Part shown: positions 31,803 through 43,821 of the stretch, in pieces
Position numbering within the stretch: the stretch's first letter is position 1
Layout of the letters: each line of letters starts with the position of its first letter
Assembly: GCA_965203515.1 (NCBI GenBank)
Contig: OZ241907.1
Location: 3,168,001 to 3,232,000 of the forward strand
DNA from: Spirochaetia bacterium
GTDB taxonomy: Bacteria; Spirochaetota; Spirochaetia; SZUA-6; Bin103
Direction of reading: 5' to 3'
DNA length: 64,000 nt
Position numbers and translations under genes: made by a program
Notes under the pieces: model-generated
What the model was told of the DNA's origin: nothing
Database searches by the model: none
The model's input: only the letters and a program-made list of their open reading frames with translations

Positions 31803-32771
31803 TCATAACCGGCCGTCGCTGGAGACCGACGCCGAGTGCGACCGGGTCCGTCGGGAACCTCGCCGCGACACCGCCAGGCCGGCGACGATCAGGGCCAGGG
31901 CGGCCGGCGCGCTGGCATGGATGCGCTCGCCGAGCACCGCGGCGATCATGATCAGCGACAGGAACGGCGACAGGAAGATGAGCGTTCCCAGGCGGCCGGC
32001 CTGCGCGGTGAGGGCCAGCGCGCGCTGCCACAGCAGGAAGGCGATGCCCATCTCCACCAATCCCACCCAGGCGGCGTAGCCCAGGTTTGCCGGCGTGATC
32101 GCCGGCAGGCCGGCGGTCGCCGCGCAGATCGCGCCGACCGCGGCGGTGGCCGCCGCGAACCCGTTCAGCATGAGCGGCACCGCGGGCACGCCCAACCGCA
32201 CGGTGGTGAGCCAGTACGCCGCCCACAGGATGGTGCTGCCGAGCGCCAGCGCCACGCCGGCGGTGTCGAACCGCCCCAGCCCGGCGGTTCCTCCCCGCGT
32301 CAGCAGTACCGCGACGCCGGCGTAGCTGACCGCCACGCCGATCCAGCCGCGCGCCGGCAGGCGTTGTCCCAGCACGGGGATGGCCAGCAGCGCCAGGGTC
32401 ACGGCCCACAGGTAGTTGAGCGGCTGCGCGATCTGCGCCGGCAGGCGGTCGTACGCCTCGAACAGCACCAGGTAGTAGCCGAGCGGGTTGAGCAGCCCCA
32501 GCGCCGCGGCGCTCAGATGCTGGCGCCGGCTCAGCGCGGCGGTGACGAACGGCCGCGCCGCGGCGAAGAACGCCAGCGCCATCACGCAGCCCAGGAACAG
32601 GAGTTGCACCGGCTGCATGCCGCGCAGACCCAACTTGAAGCCGGTCGCGACCGTCGACCAGAGGGCGACGCTCAGCAGCGCGTAGAGCAGCGCGCGCCGC
32701 TCCCGACCGGCCGCGGCTACCGGAGGCGCCGAATGGAGACGTGGCCGGCGCCCGCCGGAGTATGTCGGCAC
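31803..32771 (-). CDS. EamA/DMT family transporter
   Basis: About 10 TM helices. LWSTVATGFK, YYLVLFEAY...AQPLNY, EMGIAFLLW, LIFLSPFLS. Confidence 0.9.
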   Translation of the reverse strand: MPTYSGGRRPRLHSAPPVAAAGRERRALLYALLSVALWSTVATGFKLGLRGMQPVQLLFLGCVMALAFFAAARPFVTAALSRRQHLSAAALGLLNPLGYYLVLFEAYDRLPAQIAQPLNYLWAVTLALLAIPVLGQRLPARGWIGVAVSYAGVAVLLTRGGTAGLGRFDTAGVALALGSTILWAAYWLTTVRLGVPAVPLMLNGFAAATAAVGAICAATAGLPAITPANLGYAAWVGLVEMGIAFLLWQRALALTAQAGRLGTLIFLSPFLSLIMIAAVLGERIHASAPAALALIVAGLAVSRRGSRRTRSHSASVSSDGRL

Positions 32772-32786
32772 GCGCCGAAAGCCAGG

Positions 32787-33806
32787 CTAGGGGCGCCGAG
32801 CCGGGCCGGCGGGCGAGGGCGCGGGCGCGCTACCGTCGCCGGCCAATGCGGCGCCGTCGCGCCGCAGCGACGCGCACGCGCGCCGCGCGGCGTCCAGGTG
32901 ATCGCTCCGCAGCAGGCGGAGCAGCTCCTGCCGGCGCTCGTGGAGCAGCCGCAGGATGCGCACCAGCCCCAGCCGTTCGTCGCGGCGCCGCTCGCGCGCC
33001 AGCTCCTCGTCCGTGCCGGCGACCGCCAGCCGCCGCAACCGCGCGGTCTGCGCGGCTGCGACGCGCGCCAGCTCCCGGTCCACGGCGGCGGCCAGCACGC
33101 GGGCGTCGTTGAGCTCGCCGAGCACGTCCTGCAGCCCCTTCAGCGCCGATGACGCGGCGGCTCCGCCGGTGAGGCGGTCGATCCCGGGCTCCGCCAGATA
33201 GCGGAGCCGCTTCACGGCCAGCCGCGCGTCATGGAGCGCTTCGCCGCCTGCCGATTCGGAGGCGGCCGCCAAGCGGGCGGACAGGTCGGCCGCGTACTCC
33301 TGCAGCCGCTCGCCCAACGCGCGGCCGAAGGTCAGGGCTGCCGGCTGCAGCCGCTCCAGGCGCGCGCGCAGCTCGGCTTCCAGCCGCTCGAACCGGCCGC
33401 GCACCACCGCCGCGGCGGCCGCGTGCCCGGCGTGCCGCCGGCGGCGCAGGCGCGCCAGCAGGTAGTTGAGGCCGGCCCGCTCGCCGCGCCGCAGCGCCGG
33501 CCGCACGCCTTCCAGCCAGAGTATCTGCACTTCGGCGTCGCGGCTCCGGCCGGTCTGCCGCATCAGGCGGCGCAACGACCGGCGGATCCGTTTGCCGGCC
33601 GCCTTTCCCAACCACGGCCGATAGGCGCGCAACACGCTGCGGCACCGGCGCAACGCTACCCGAAAGTCGTGGAGCGCCTCCGGCCGGCCGGGCCGGCCCA
33701 CCTGCCGGACGGCCCGATCGGCCTGCGACAGGTAGCCGCGCACCAGCGCCGCCGCCGACTCCGCCAGCGGCCGTTCCAGAAGGCTCTCCACCCGCGCCGG
33801 TTTCAT
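32787..33806 (-). CDS. CHAD domain protein (polyphosphate-binding family)
   Basis: EALHDFRVALRR, RDAEV, LHDARLAVKRLRY, LQDVLGELND. Confidence 0.9.
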   Translation of the reverse strand: MKPARVESLLERPLAESAAALVRGYLSQADRAVRQVGRPGRPEALHDFRVALRRCRSVLRAYRPWLGKAAGKRIRRSLRRLMRQTGRSRDAEVQILWLEGVRPALRRGERAGLNYLLARLRRRRHAGHAAAAAVVRGRFERLEAELRARLERLQPAALTFGRALGERLQEYAADLSARLAAASESAGGEALHDARLAVKRLRYLAEPGIDRLTGGAAASSALKGLQDVLGELNDARVLAAAVDRELARVAAAQTARLRRLAVAGTDEELARERRRDERLGLVRILRLLHERRQELLRLLRSDHLDAARRACASLRRDGAALAGDGSAPAPSPAGPARRP

Positions 33807-33915
33807 GGGCTCAGCCCGGATACTATACCGGCGCGCCGATCGAATTCGGCCGGAAGCCGGGGCCGCGCGCCGCCCGGATACCGTCCCGTGATACGGGTTC
33901 GGCGACCGACCGGGT

Positions 33916-34911
33916 TCAGTCCCAGGTGAGGGAGCCGGCGGTCTGGTACTCGGTCACGCGGGTTTCGAAGAAGTTCTTCTCCTTGTTGAGGTCGATGATC
34001 TGCGCCATCCACGGGAACGGGTTTTCCCGTCCGTACTGCCCGGACAGCCCGATGCGCTCCATCCGGCGGTCGGCGATGTACTCCACGTAGGCCGCGAACT
34101 GGTCGGCGTTGATCCCCAGCAGGCCGCGCGGGCAGGCGTCGCGCGCGTAGGCCGTCTCAAGCTCCACGCCGCGACGGATCAGGTCGATCAGTTCGTCCTG
34201 GAACGCCGGCGTCCAGACGTGCGGATGCTCGGCCTTGATCGTGTTGATCAGATCGGACCCGAACGCCAGATGGACGCTTTCGTCACGCATGATGAACTCG
34301 AACTGCTCGCCTACGCCCACCATCTTGTTCTGTCGCTTGAGGGCCAGCATCATCGCAAATCCGGCGTAGAAGAAGATGCCCTCCATGATCACGTAGTAGC
34401 CGACCAGGTCGTGCAGCAGGTCGCGCACCCCCTGCTCGGTGGCGGTGGTGAATCCGGGAGCGAAGATCGAGCGGGTCATCTCGATGACCATCGCGTCCTT
34501 GCGCTCGATCGACGGGATGGTCCGGTACATCGTGTAGATCTGGTCAGGGTCCAGCCCCAGGCTGTCGCAGCAGTAGATGAAGGTGTCGGTGTGGATCGCC
34601 TCCTCGAATGCCTGGCGCAGCAGATACTGGCGGCATTCCGGATTGGTCACGTGGGCGTAGACGGCCAGGACGATGTTGTTGGCGGTCAGCGACTCGGCGG
34701 TCGAGAAGAAGCCGAGGTTCCAGAGGATCAGGCGCCGCTCGTCATCGGAGATCACGTCGGGCGCCTTCCACTGCTCGACGTCCTTCTGCATGGAGACCTC
34801 TTCGGGGACCCAGTTGTTCGCCACCCCGGCCTTGTAGTAGCCGCGCGCCCAGGCGTAGCGCAACGGCAGGATCTTGTTGGGGTCGGTGGCGGTGTTGTCG
34901 ATGATGCCCAC
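33916..34911 (-). CDS. nrdB: Ribonucleotide reductase small subunit with class Ic (R2c) signature
   Basis: FFSTAES, QAFEEAIHTDTF, MEGIFFYAGF, RDESVH, NFFETRVTEYQ. Confidence 0.93.
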   Translation of the reverse strand: MGIIDNTATDPNKILPLRYAWARGYYKAGVANNWVPEEVSMQKDVEQWKAPDVISDDERRLILWNLGFFSTAESLTANNIVLAVYAHVTNPECRQYLLRQAFEEAIHTDTFIYCCDSLGLDPDQIYTMYRTIPSIERKDAMVIEMTRSIFAPGFTTATEQGVRDLLHDLVGYYVIMEGIFFYAGFAMMLALKRQNKMVGVGEQFEFIMRDESVHLAFGSDLINTIKAEHPHVWTPAFQDELIDLIRRGVELETAYARDACPRGLLGINADQFAAYVEYIADRRMERIGLSGQYGRENPFPWMAQIIDLNKEKNFFETRVTEYQTAGSLTWD

Positions 34912-34948
34912 TTCTGCTCCGATGGCGCCCGCTATCCAATGGCGCCCG

Positions 34949-37717
<2,769 letters not shown>

Positions 37718-37803
37718 GGCCCCTCCCCTCGAATCCCGCCGTGTACGGCGGGTCCGCCAAGCGTAAGCCGACACCGGAAGCTCACGCAATCCCGCAGGCG
37801 GAG

Positions 37804-38661
37804 CTACCCCTGGGCGCGGTCCTCCCGACCCGTGGCGATCCGGACCCGGTCCGGGGCGGTGTCGAGCAGCCCTTCGGCGGTCATCGCCTCCAGGTTGCGG
37901 CGCATCTGCTGCCGGCCGGCGCGGTCGGCGGCGCCGATCAGATCGCTCAGCTCGGCGCAGGTGAGCGGGCCGCGTTCGGCCAGCGCCCGGAGGATGCGGC
38001 CCCGTTGCTGGCGGTTGGAGCCGTCGAACCGGCTCTGCCGCGCGTAGTGGGCGCTCCGCCGGTTGGGGTTGGGGCCGCCGCGCGCCAGCGCGGCGCCGTA
38101 GTCCATCAGCGCCCAGTACCAGGTGCGCGGATCCGACCGGTCGAGCGCCTGCTCCAGCACCGGCAGCAGCTCGCGGTCGCTGACCGCCGTGCGCCCGGGA
38201 AACAGCTCGTGCAGGGCCGCGCGGCGGATGTTGGTCTCCACGAACAGCGCCGGCCGGCCGAAGGCGAATGCCTGCACGGCCCCTGCCGTGGCCGGACCCA
38301 CGCCGGGCAGCGAGCGCAGGTCCTGCGCGCCGCTGGGCACCGCGCCGCCGAAGCGGTCCGCGATCAGGCCGGCGGCGCGGTGCAGCGCCACGGCGCGCCG
38401 GTTGTAGCCAAGGCCGCTCCACAGCGCCAGCACGTCGCCGCGGTCGCCGGCCGCCAGCGCGCCCACATGGGGAAAGCGCGCCACGAACGGGGCGAACTTG
38501 ACCAGCACGCGCGCTGTCTGCGTCTGCTGTAGCATGAACTCGGAGACCAGGATCCGATAGGGATCACGCGTCTGGCGCCAGGGGAACCGGCGGCCGTGGC
38601 GTCGGTAGTGGTCGAGTACGCGGCGGCGGAAGCGGGCGACGTCAGGCCGGCGCGGGCTCAT
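37804..38661 (-). CDS. mutY: A/G-specific adenine glycosylase, short form lacking the [4Fe-4S] cysteine motif
   Basis: PWRQT.DPY.ILVSE.MLQQTQ, WSGLGYNRR, LPGVGPATA, ETNIRR, ALMDYGA with no Cys cluster following. Confidence 0.88.
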   Translation of the reverse strand: MSPRRPDVARFRRRVLDHYRRHGRRFPWRQTRDPYRILVSEFMLQQTQTARVLVKFAPFVARFPHVGALAAGDRGDVLALWSGLGYNRRAVALHRAAGLIADRFGGAVPSGAQDLRSLPGVGPATAGAVQAFAFGRPALFVETNIRRAALHELFPGRTAVSDRELLPVLEQALDRSDPRTWYWALMDYGAALARGGPNPNRRSAHYARQSRFDGSNRQQRGRILRALAERGPLTCAELSDLIGAADRAGRQQMRRNLEAMTAEGLLDTAPDRVRIATGREDRAQG

Positions 38662-38669
38662 CGGGGAGG

Positions 38670-39674
38670 ATGATCATCAGGCACGATCTCATCATCATCG
38701 GCGCGGGGCCGGCCGGTCTTGCCTGCGCGATCGAGGCCGAAGCGGCCGGCCTGGACTGCGTGGTGCTGGAGCAGGGCTGCCTGGTCAACTCGATCTACCG
38801 CTTCCCGCGCAACATGGTCTTCTTCTCGTCCCCCGAGCGCCTGGAGCTGGCGCGGGTGCCGTTCACGACGATGGCGCGCAAGCCGTCGCGCGCCGAGACG
38901 GTCGAGTACTACCGGCGGGTTGCGGCGCGCTTCGCGGTGCGCGTGCGGCAGCACGAACGGGTGGTCGGGCTCAAGCGGTCCGGTGCGGAGGACGCCGGCC
39001 CGTTCGTGGTCACCACCGTCAGCGGTTCGCGGACCGGCCGGCTGGCCGCGCGCGCGGTCGTGGTTGCCACCGGGTTCTTCGACTGGCCGCGGCGCCTGCA
39101 GGTACCGGGCGAGGAACTGCCGAAGGTGGTCTATCGGTTCGACGAGGGTCACCCCTACTACGATCGCGACGTGGCCGTCATCGGCGGCCGGAGCGCCGCG
39201 GCGGAGGCGGCCCTGGAGCTGCAGCGCGCCGGCGCCCGCGTCACCCTGATCCACCGCGGCGAGCGGGTGCAGACCAAGTACTGGGTGCAGCCGGAGCTGG
39301 AGAACCGCATCGAGCGCGGCGAAATCGCGTGGCTGCCGTCGGCGACCGTGCAGGGCATCGACGAGACGTCGATCACGGTGCGCCGGGACGGGCGGTCGCA
39401 GGTGGTGCGCAACGACGCGGTCATCGTGCAGATCGGCTACCGCCCCGACCTGAGCCTGCTGAAAGGAGTCGGGGTCACCCTGGACGGCGCCGACCGGACG
39501 CCGCGCTACGATCCGCGCACCTGTCAGACCGACGTGCCGGGGGTGTTCGTCTGCGGCTCGGTGTGCGCCGGCGACCGGGCCGGCAGCATCTTCATAGAAA
39601 CCGCACGCTTTCACGGCGAGAAGATCGTGGGCGCCCTCACCGCCGGAACCGCTACCGCCGGCTCGCCGCGCTGA
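38670..39674 (+). CDS. ypdA: YpdA-family FAD/NAD(P)H oxidoreductase (bacillithiol disulfide reductase-like)
   Basis: GAGPAG, LVNSIYRFP.NM.FFS, EYYRRV, ATGFFD.P..L.VPGEEL, KYWV.P..ENRI, IFIE..RFHG. Confidence 0.8.
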   Translation: MIIRHDLIIIGAGPAGLACAIEAEAAGLDCVVLEQGCLVNSIYRFPRNMVFFSSPERLELARVPFTTMARKPSRAETVEYYRRVAARFAVRVRQHERVVGLKRSGAEDAGPFVVTTVSGSRTGRLAARAVVVATGFFDWPRRLQVPGEELPKVVYRFDEGHPYYDRDVAVIGGRSAAAEAALELQRAGARVTLIHRGERVQTKYWVQPELENRIERGEIAWLPSATVQGIDETSITVRRDGRSQVVRNDAVIVQIGYRPDLSLLKGVGVTLDGADRTPRYDPRTCQTDVPGVFVCGSVCAGDRAGSIFIETARFHGEKIVGALTAGTATAGSPR

Positions 39675-40584
39675 GCCGGGCGACCTCGCCGGCATCCAGC
39701 TCCGGCCATGGGGTGAGCGCCTCGACCACCTGCTGCGGTCGGCGCGCGCCCAGGATGGCCGCGTGGACCCCCGGCTGCGCCAGCAGCCACCCCAGCGCCA
39801 GCCGCGCGAGCGGCCGGCCGCCGGCCACCGCGCGCAGGCGTTCGATGACCTGCAGATGGGCGCCGAGCCGTGGGTCGCGGAAGTCCCGGTGCTCGCGCCG
39901 CCAGTCGTCGCCGGGCAGCCGCGCCGCCCGCGCGCGGTCGAAGCCGGTCGCCAGCATGCCGCCGTGCAGCGGGCTGGCGGCCAGCACGGCGATGCCGCGG
40001 CTGCGGCAGTAGGGCAGCAGCTCCGTTTCCGCCCCGCGCCGCAGCAGGCTGTACGGCACCTGCAGCGTCGCCACCGGCGCGATGGCGCGCAGGCGGTCGA
40101 CGACGGCCGCGGAGGCGTTGCACAGGCCGCAGGCGCCGATCAGGCCGTGCTCCCGCAGGCGGGCCAGCGCCTCCCAGCCCTCGGCGAGCTGCTCCGGCGG
40201 CCGCGGGTGGTGGACTTGATAGAGGTCGATGCGCTCGACCCGCAGGCGTCCCAGGCTGGCATGCAGCTCGTCGCGGACGCTGGCCGCGGTGAGCCGTGCG
40301 AAGGGGCGGGCGCGCCGGCCGACCCACGGCCAGCCGCACTTGGTGGCGACGCGCACGCCGCGGCCGGCGTCGGGCCGCTCGGCCAGCGCGCGGCCGATCA
40401 GCGTCTCGGCGTGGCCGCGGCCATAGAGCGGGGCGGTGTCCAGCCAATCGACGCCGCCGTCCAGGGCGGCGTGGATGGTGGCCAGGGAGTCGGCGTCCGC
40501 CTGCGCGCCCCAGCCGCCGCGCCAGCCGGGACCGCCGATCGCCCAGGTGCCCAACCCGATGCGGCTGGCCGCCGGCGTGGTCAT
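39652..40584 (-). CDS. Aldo/keto reductase
   Basis: GLGTWAIGG, LDTAPLYG.GHAE, ATKCG, SLGRL.VERIDLYQVH. Confidence 0.9.
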   Translation of the reverse strand: MTTPAASRIGLGTWAIGGPGWRGGWGAQADADSLATIHAALDGGVDWLDTAPLYGRGHAETLIGRALAERPDAGRGVRVATKCGWPWVGRRARPFARLTAASVRDELHASLGRLRVERIDLYQVHHPRPPEQLAEGWEALARLREHGLIGACGLCNASAAVVDRLRAIAPVATLQVPYSLLRRGAETELLPYCRSRGIAVLAASPLHGGMLATGFDRARAARLPGDDWRREHRDFRDPRLGAHLQVIERLRAVAGGRPLARLALGWLLAQPGVHAAILGARRPQQVVEALTPWPELDAGEVARLSAASRR

Positions 40585-42884
40585 CGGGCCGCGCGCCGGG
40601 CGGCCCGGGGTGGATCGGCCGGGGACGGAGTGCCGGCCGGGGGCGGAGCGTCGGCCGGGGACGGGGCGCTGGCCGGGGACGGGGCGCCGGCCAGCAGTTC
40701 CACCAGTCCGGTGTGGCGTTCACGCGCCTGCGCGTTGGCGACCGCGATGCGCGCGGCCCTGTCGCTGCCGACCACCACGGCCAGCCGGCGCGCGCGGGTC
40801 AGCGCGGTGTAGAGCAGGTTGCGCTGCAGCATCGGGTAGTGCTCGGTCGCGATCGAGATCACGGCGGCCAGGAATTCGCTCCCCTGCGACTTGTGAATGG
40901 TGATCGCGTAGGCCAGGGCCAGCGAGTCGAGCTCGGCCGCCTCGTACCAGACCGGACCGGTGGAGAAGTCGACCAGCACGCGCTGATCCTCTGCGTCCAG
41001 ATCGCGCACCAGGCCGATGTCGCCGTTGAATACCTCCAACTGATAGTCGTTGCGGGTCTGCATGACGCGGTCGCCGACGCGTATGTCGGCGGCGCCTTCG
41101 ATGGCGGCGCCGGTCGGGTTGAGCGCTTCCTGGAGCCGGCGGTTGAGGGCGGCGGTGCCCAGGTCACCGCGGTTCATGGGGGTAAGCACCTGGATGTCGG
41201 TACGCGGATCGAGCCCGAAGCGGGCCGGCATGCGTTCGGTGACCAGATGCACGATCGTATCGCAGGCGGCGGCGCGATCGTCCCGGCCGATGAAGAAGTA
41301 GTCCCCGGCCTCCCCGTCGCTACGCCGCGGCATCCGGCCGTGGTTGACGGCGTGCGCGGCCATGACGATGGCGCTGCGGTCTCCCTGACGGAACACGGTG
41401 GTGAGGCGGGCGACCGGACAGGCGCCGGAGGCGATCAGGTCGGCCAGCACGTCGCCCGGTCCCACCGAGGGGAGCTGGTCGCTGTCGCCGACCAGCAGCA
41501 GCCGGCAGTCGTCCGGAGTCGCTTCCAGGACGGCGTCCAGCAGCGTGATGTCTACCATGGAGAGCTCGTCGAGGATCAGCCCGTCGCAGTCGAGCGGATT
41601 CCGCGCATCGCGCAGGAACCGGCCCTCGCGCGGGCTGTATTCCAGCAGCCGGTGGATGGTCGACGCCGGCCGGCCGGCCTGCTCCTCGATCCGCTTGGCG
41701 GCGCGCCCGGTCGGCGCCGCGAGCTGCACGCGCAGATCGGCCGCGTCGTAGAGGCTGAGCACGGCGCGGATCAGCGTGGTCTTGCCGGTGCCGGGGCCGC
41801 CGGTCACCACCAGGACCGCGGCCGCCGCCGCCGCCGAGGCGGCATGGCGCTGCTCCGGCGACAACTCCACGCCGCTCGATCGCTCGAAGGCGGCGAGCAG
41901 CCGCGGCACGCCGGCGTTCGGCGCGGGCGCCGCCCGGCCGGCCAGCTCCAGCAGCCGCGCCGCGGCGCGCTGCTCGGCGCGCCGCAGGTCGGGCAGGGCG
42001 ATCGATCGGCCGCCGGCGCCGCAGGTCAGGACCGCGCCGCGGCGGCACAGCGACCGGATGGCGTGATCGACCGCCGCGGCGTCGACCGACAGCAGCTCGG
42101 CGCCGGCTTCCGCTACCGCGTCGACCGGCATCTGCGTGTGGCCGCGTCCCGCGCCGGTGCCGAGCACGTGCAACACCCCGGCGGCGGCTCGCTCCGGCGA
42201 GTGCGGATCGACGCCGAGTGAGGCGGCGATGCGGTCGGCGATCAGAAAGCCGATACCGGTCACCTCTTCGGCCAGGCGGTACGGGTTCTCGGTGACCGCG
42301 CGGCGCGCCGCCGCCCCGTAGCGCCGGTGGATGCGGAGCGCGTACGCGGGGGAGATGCCGTGGCCCTGCAGGAAGATCATGACGTCGCGCAACTGGCGGT
42401 GGTCCGCCCACGAAGCCAGGATGCGGTCGCGGCGGTCGGGGCCGATGCCGGCGACCTCGGTCAGTCGCTCGCCGCGGCGGTCCAGGACCTCCAGCGCGCC
42501 GGTGCCGAAGCGCGCCACGATCCGCTTGGCGAGCGCGGGGCCGACCCCCTTGACCAGCCGCGAGGCCAGGAAGCGCTCGATGCCGGCCGCCGTGGTGGGA
42601 GCGACCGAATGGAACGAGGTGACCTTGAACTGCGGCCCGTGCCGGCGATGGTGGGTCCACGCGCCCTGCAGGTGGAGCAGTTCGCCCGGGCGGACGCCGG
42701 CCAGCGGGCCGACCGCGACCGGCCGGGCAGCCGGGTCGGTCTCCGACCGGAGGCGCACGACCGCGAACGATCCGTCGACGGTGACGTAGACGATCGAGTC
42801 GACCGTGCCGCGCAACGAGGGTTCATCGCCGCCGGACGCGGCTGCGCCGTCCCCGGCGGGTGTGACGGACTCGCTGCCGGTCAA
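40581..42884 (-). CDS. recD2: RecD2-like ATP-dependent DNA helicase
   Basis: N-terminal HhH region, TGGPGTGKT, APTGRAA, DELSM, VGDSDQLPSVG, AITIHKSQGSE, LYTALTRA. Confidence 0.93.
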   Translation of the reverse strand: MTGSESVTPAGDGAAASGGDEPSLRGTVDSIVYVTVDGSFAVVRLRSETDPAARPVAVGPLAGVRPGELLHLQGAWTHHRRHGPQFKVTSFHSVAPTTAAGIERFLASRLVKGVGPALAKRIVARFGTGALEVLDRRGERLTEVAGIGPDRRDRILASWADHRQLRDVMIFLQGHGISPAYALRIHRRYGAAARRAVTENPYRLAEEVTGIGFLIADRIAASLGVDPHSPERAAAGVLHVLGTGAGRGHTQMPVDAVAEAGAELLSVDAAAVDHAIRSLCRRGAVLTCGAGGRSIALPDLRRAEQRAAARLLELAGRAAPAPNAGVPRLLAAFERSSGVELSPEQRHAASAAAAAAVLVVTGGPGTGKTTLIRAVLSLYDAADLRVQLAAPTGRAAKRIEEQAGRPASTIHRLLEYSPREGRFLRDARNPLDCDGLILDELSMVDITLLDAVLEATPDDCRLLLVGDSDQLPSVGPGDVLADLIASGACPVARLTTVFRQGDRSAIVMAAHAVNHGRMPRRSDGEAGDYFFIGRDDRAAACDTIVHLVTERMPARFGLDPRTDIQVLTPMNRGDLGTAALNRRLQEALNPTGAAIEGAADIRVGDRVMQTRNDYQLEVFNGDIGLVRDLDAEDQRVLVDFSTGPVWYEAAELDSLALAYAITIHKSQGSEFLAAVISIATEHYPMLQRNLLYTALTRARRLAVVVGSDRAARIAVANAQARERHTGLVELLAGAPSPASAPSPADAPPPAGTPSPADPPRAARRAAR
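40616..40692. repeat. 18-bp imperfect tandem repeat, about 4.3 copies, in the recD2 3' end
   Basis: CGGCCGGGGACGGGGCGC-like units at 40616, 40634, 40652 and 40670. Confidence 0.9.
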
Positions 42885-42904
42885 GCGCGGATCGAGGTGG
42901 CGAC

Positions 42905-43723
42905 TCAGACGGTCCGGTCGCGCAGTTCGGCGAAGAACCGCGCGTCGGACTCATTGCCGGCGCGCGTGTGAGCGGCCGCCAGGTTCGCCGCCACGCGCAC
43001 CATGATCGCGGCGGTCGGGGCGCCGCGGCGGATGCGGGCGAGCTGGGCGCTGGCGTCGTGTCCCTTGGGGATGAGCTGCGCCACGTCCAGGGTCGCTCCG
43101 CCGTTGAAGCAATCGACCAGGATGAGCCGGTCGCCGGCGACGGCCCGCGCCAGGAAGTGGTTGGGCACGTTGCAGCCCTCGATGTCGAGTCCGAGCCGGG
43201 CGCCGACCAGCAGGTAGATGCACGCCAGACTGATCGGCAGGCCGCGGCCGCGGCCGATCACCGATACCAGGTTGCTCGCCGCCGGCGTGTAGTAATCGTC
43301 CTTGCCGCAGCCGGACAGCCCTCTGGTGCGGAACAGGTAGTGGGCCAGGGTGAAGACGTCGGCGCCGACGTGCGCGCTGCGGTAGTCCTGGGCCAGCCCG
43401 TCCAGGAGGCGGGTCAGCCGGGCGGCGGCGCCGGCGCCCAACTCATACTCGGCGACCAGACCCAGCGCGGTCTCCAGCTTCACCTTCTCGTGCGGGACGG
43501 TCAGGCACTCCTGCCAGCGCTCGCGCAGGCGTTCCCGCCGCTGGACGGCGTACACCTCCTGCAGCAGCTCGCGGCGCCGGTCATCCAGCTCGATCGCCTG
43601 CCGTTCGATCTCCGCGTCGAGCTCATCGCCGAAGGCGGCCAGTCCCTCCATGACGCGCTGCCGGACCGCCGGCGTATCGTCGTCCAGCAGTGCGATCATG
43701 AAGCGGAGTTGCGCGCGGTCCAC
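42905..43723 (-). CDS. SirB1-like / transglutaminase-core family protein
   Basis: LLDDD, DYY.P..SNL..V...RGLPISL, NVPNHFL, VDCFNGG. Confidence 0.8.
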   Translation of the reverse strand: MDRAQLRFMIALLDDDTPAVRQRVMEGLAAFGDELDAEIERQAIELDDRRRELLQEVYAVQRRERLRERWQECLTVPHEKVKLETALGLVAEYELGAGAAARLTRLLDGLAQDYRSAHVGADVFTLAHYLFRTRGLSGCGKDDYYTPAASNLVSVIGRGRGLPISLACIYLLVGARLGLDIEGCNVPNHFLARAVAGDRLILVDCFNGGATLDVAQLIPKGHDASAQLARIRRGAPTAAIMVRVAANLAAAHTRAGNESDARFFAELRDRTV

Positions 43724-43821
43724 GCCGCGATGGTAGATCGTTCGCCGCCGCGCCGGCAAACGGCGGGCAGGCGTCGCGTGCCGGACAGGGTTTGCCGCGA
43801 TGTGCTATCACCGGTGACGGC

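Noticed and set aside
37718..37803. NrdR boxes or riboswitch upstream of nrdA
   Set aside because: No convincing match was seen in the short GC-rich spacer.
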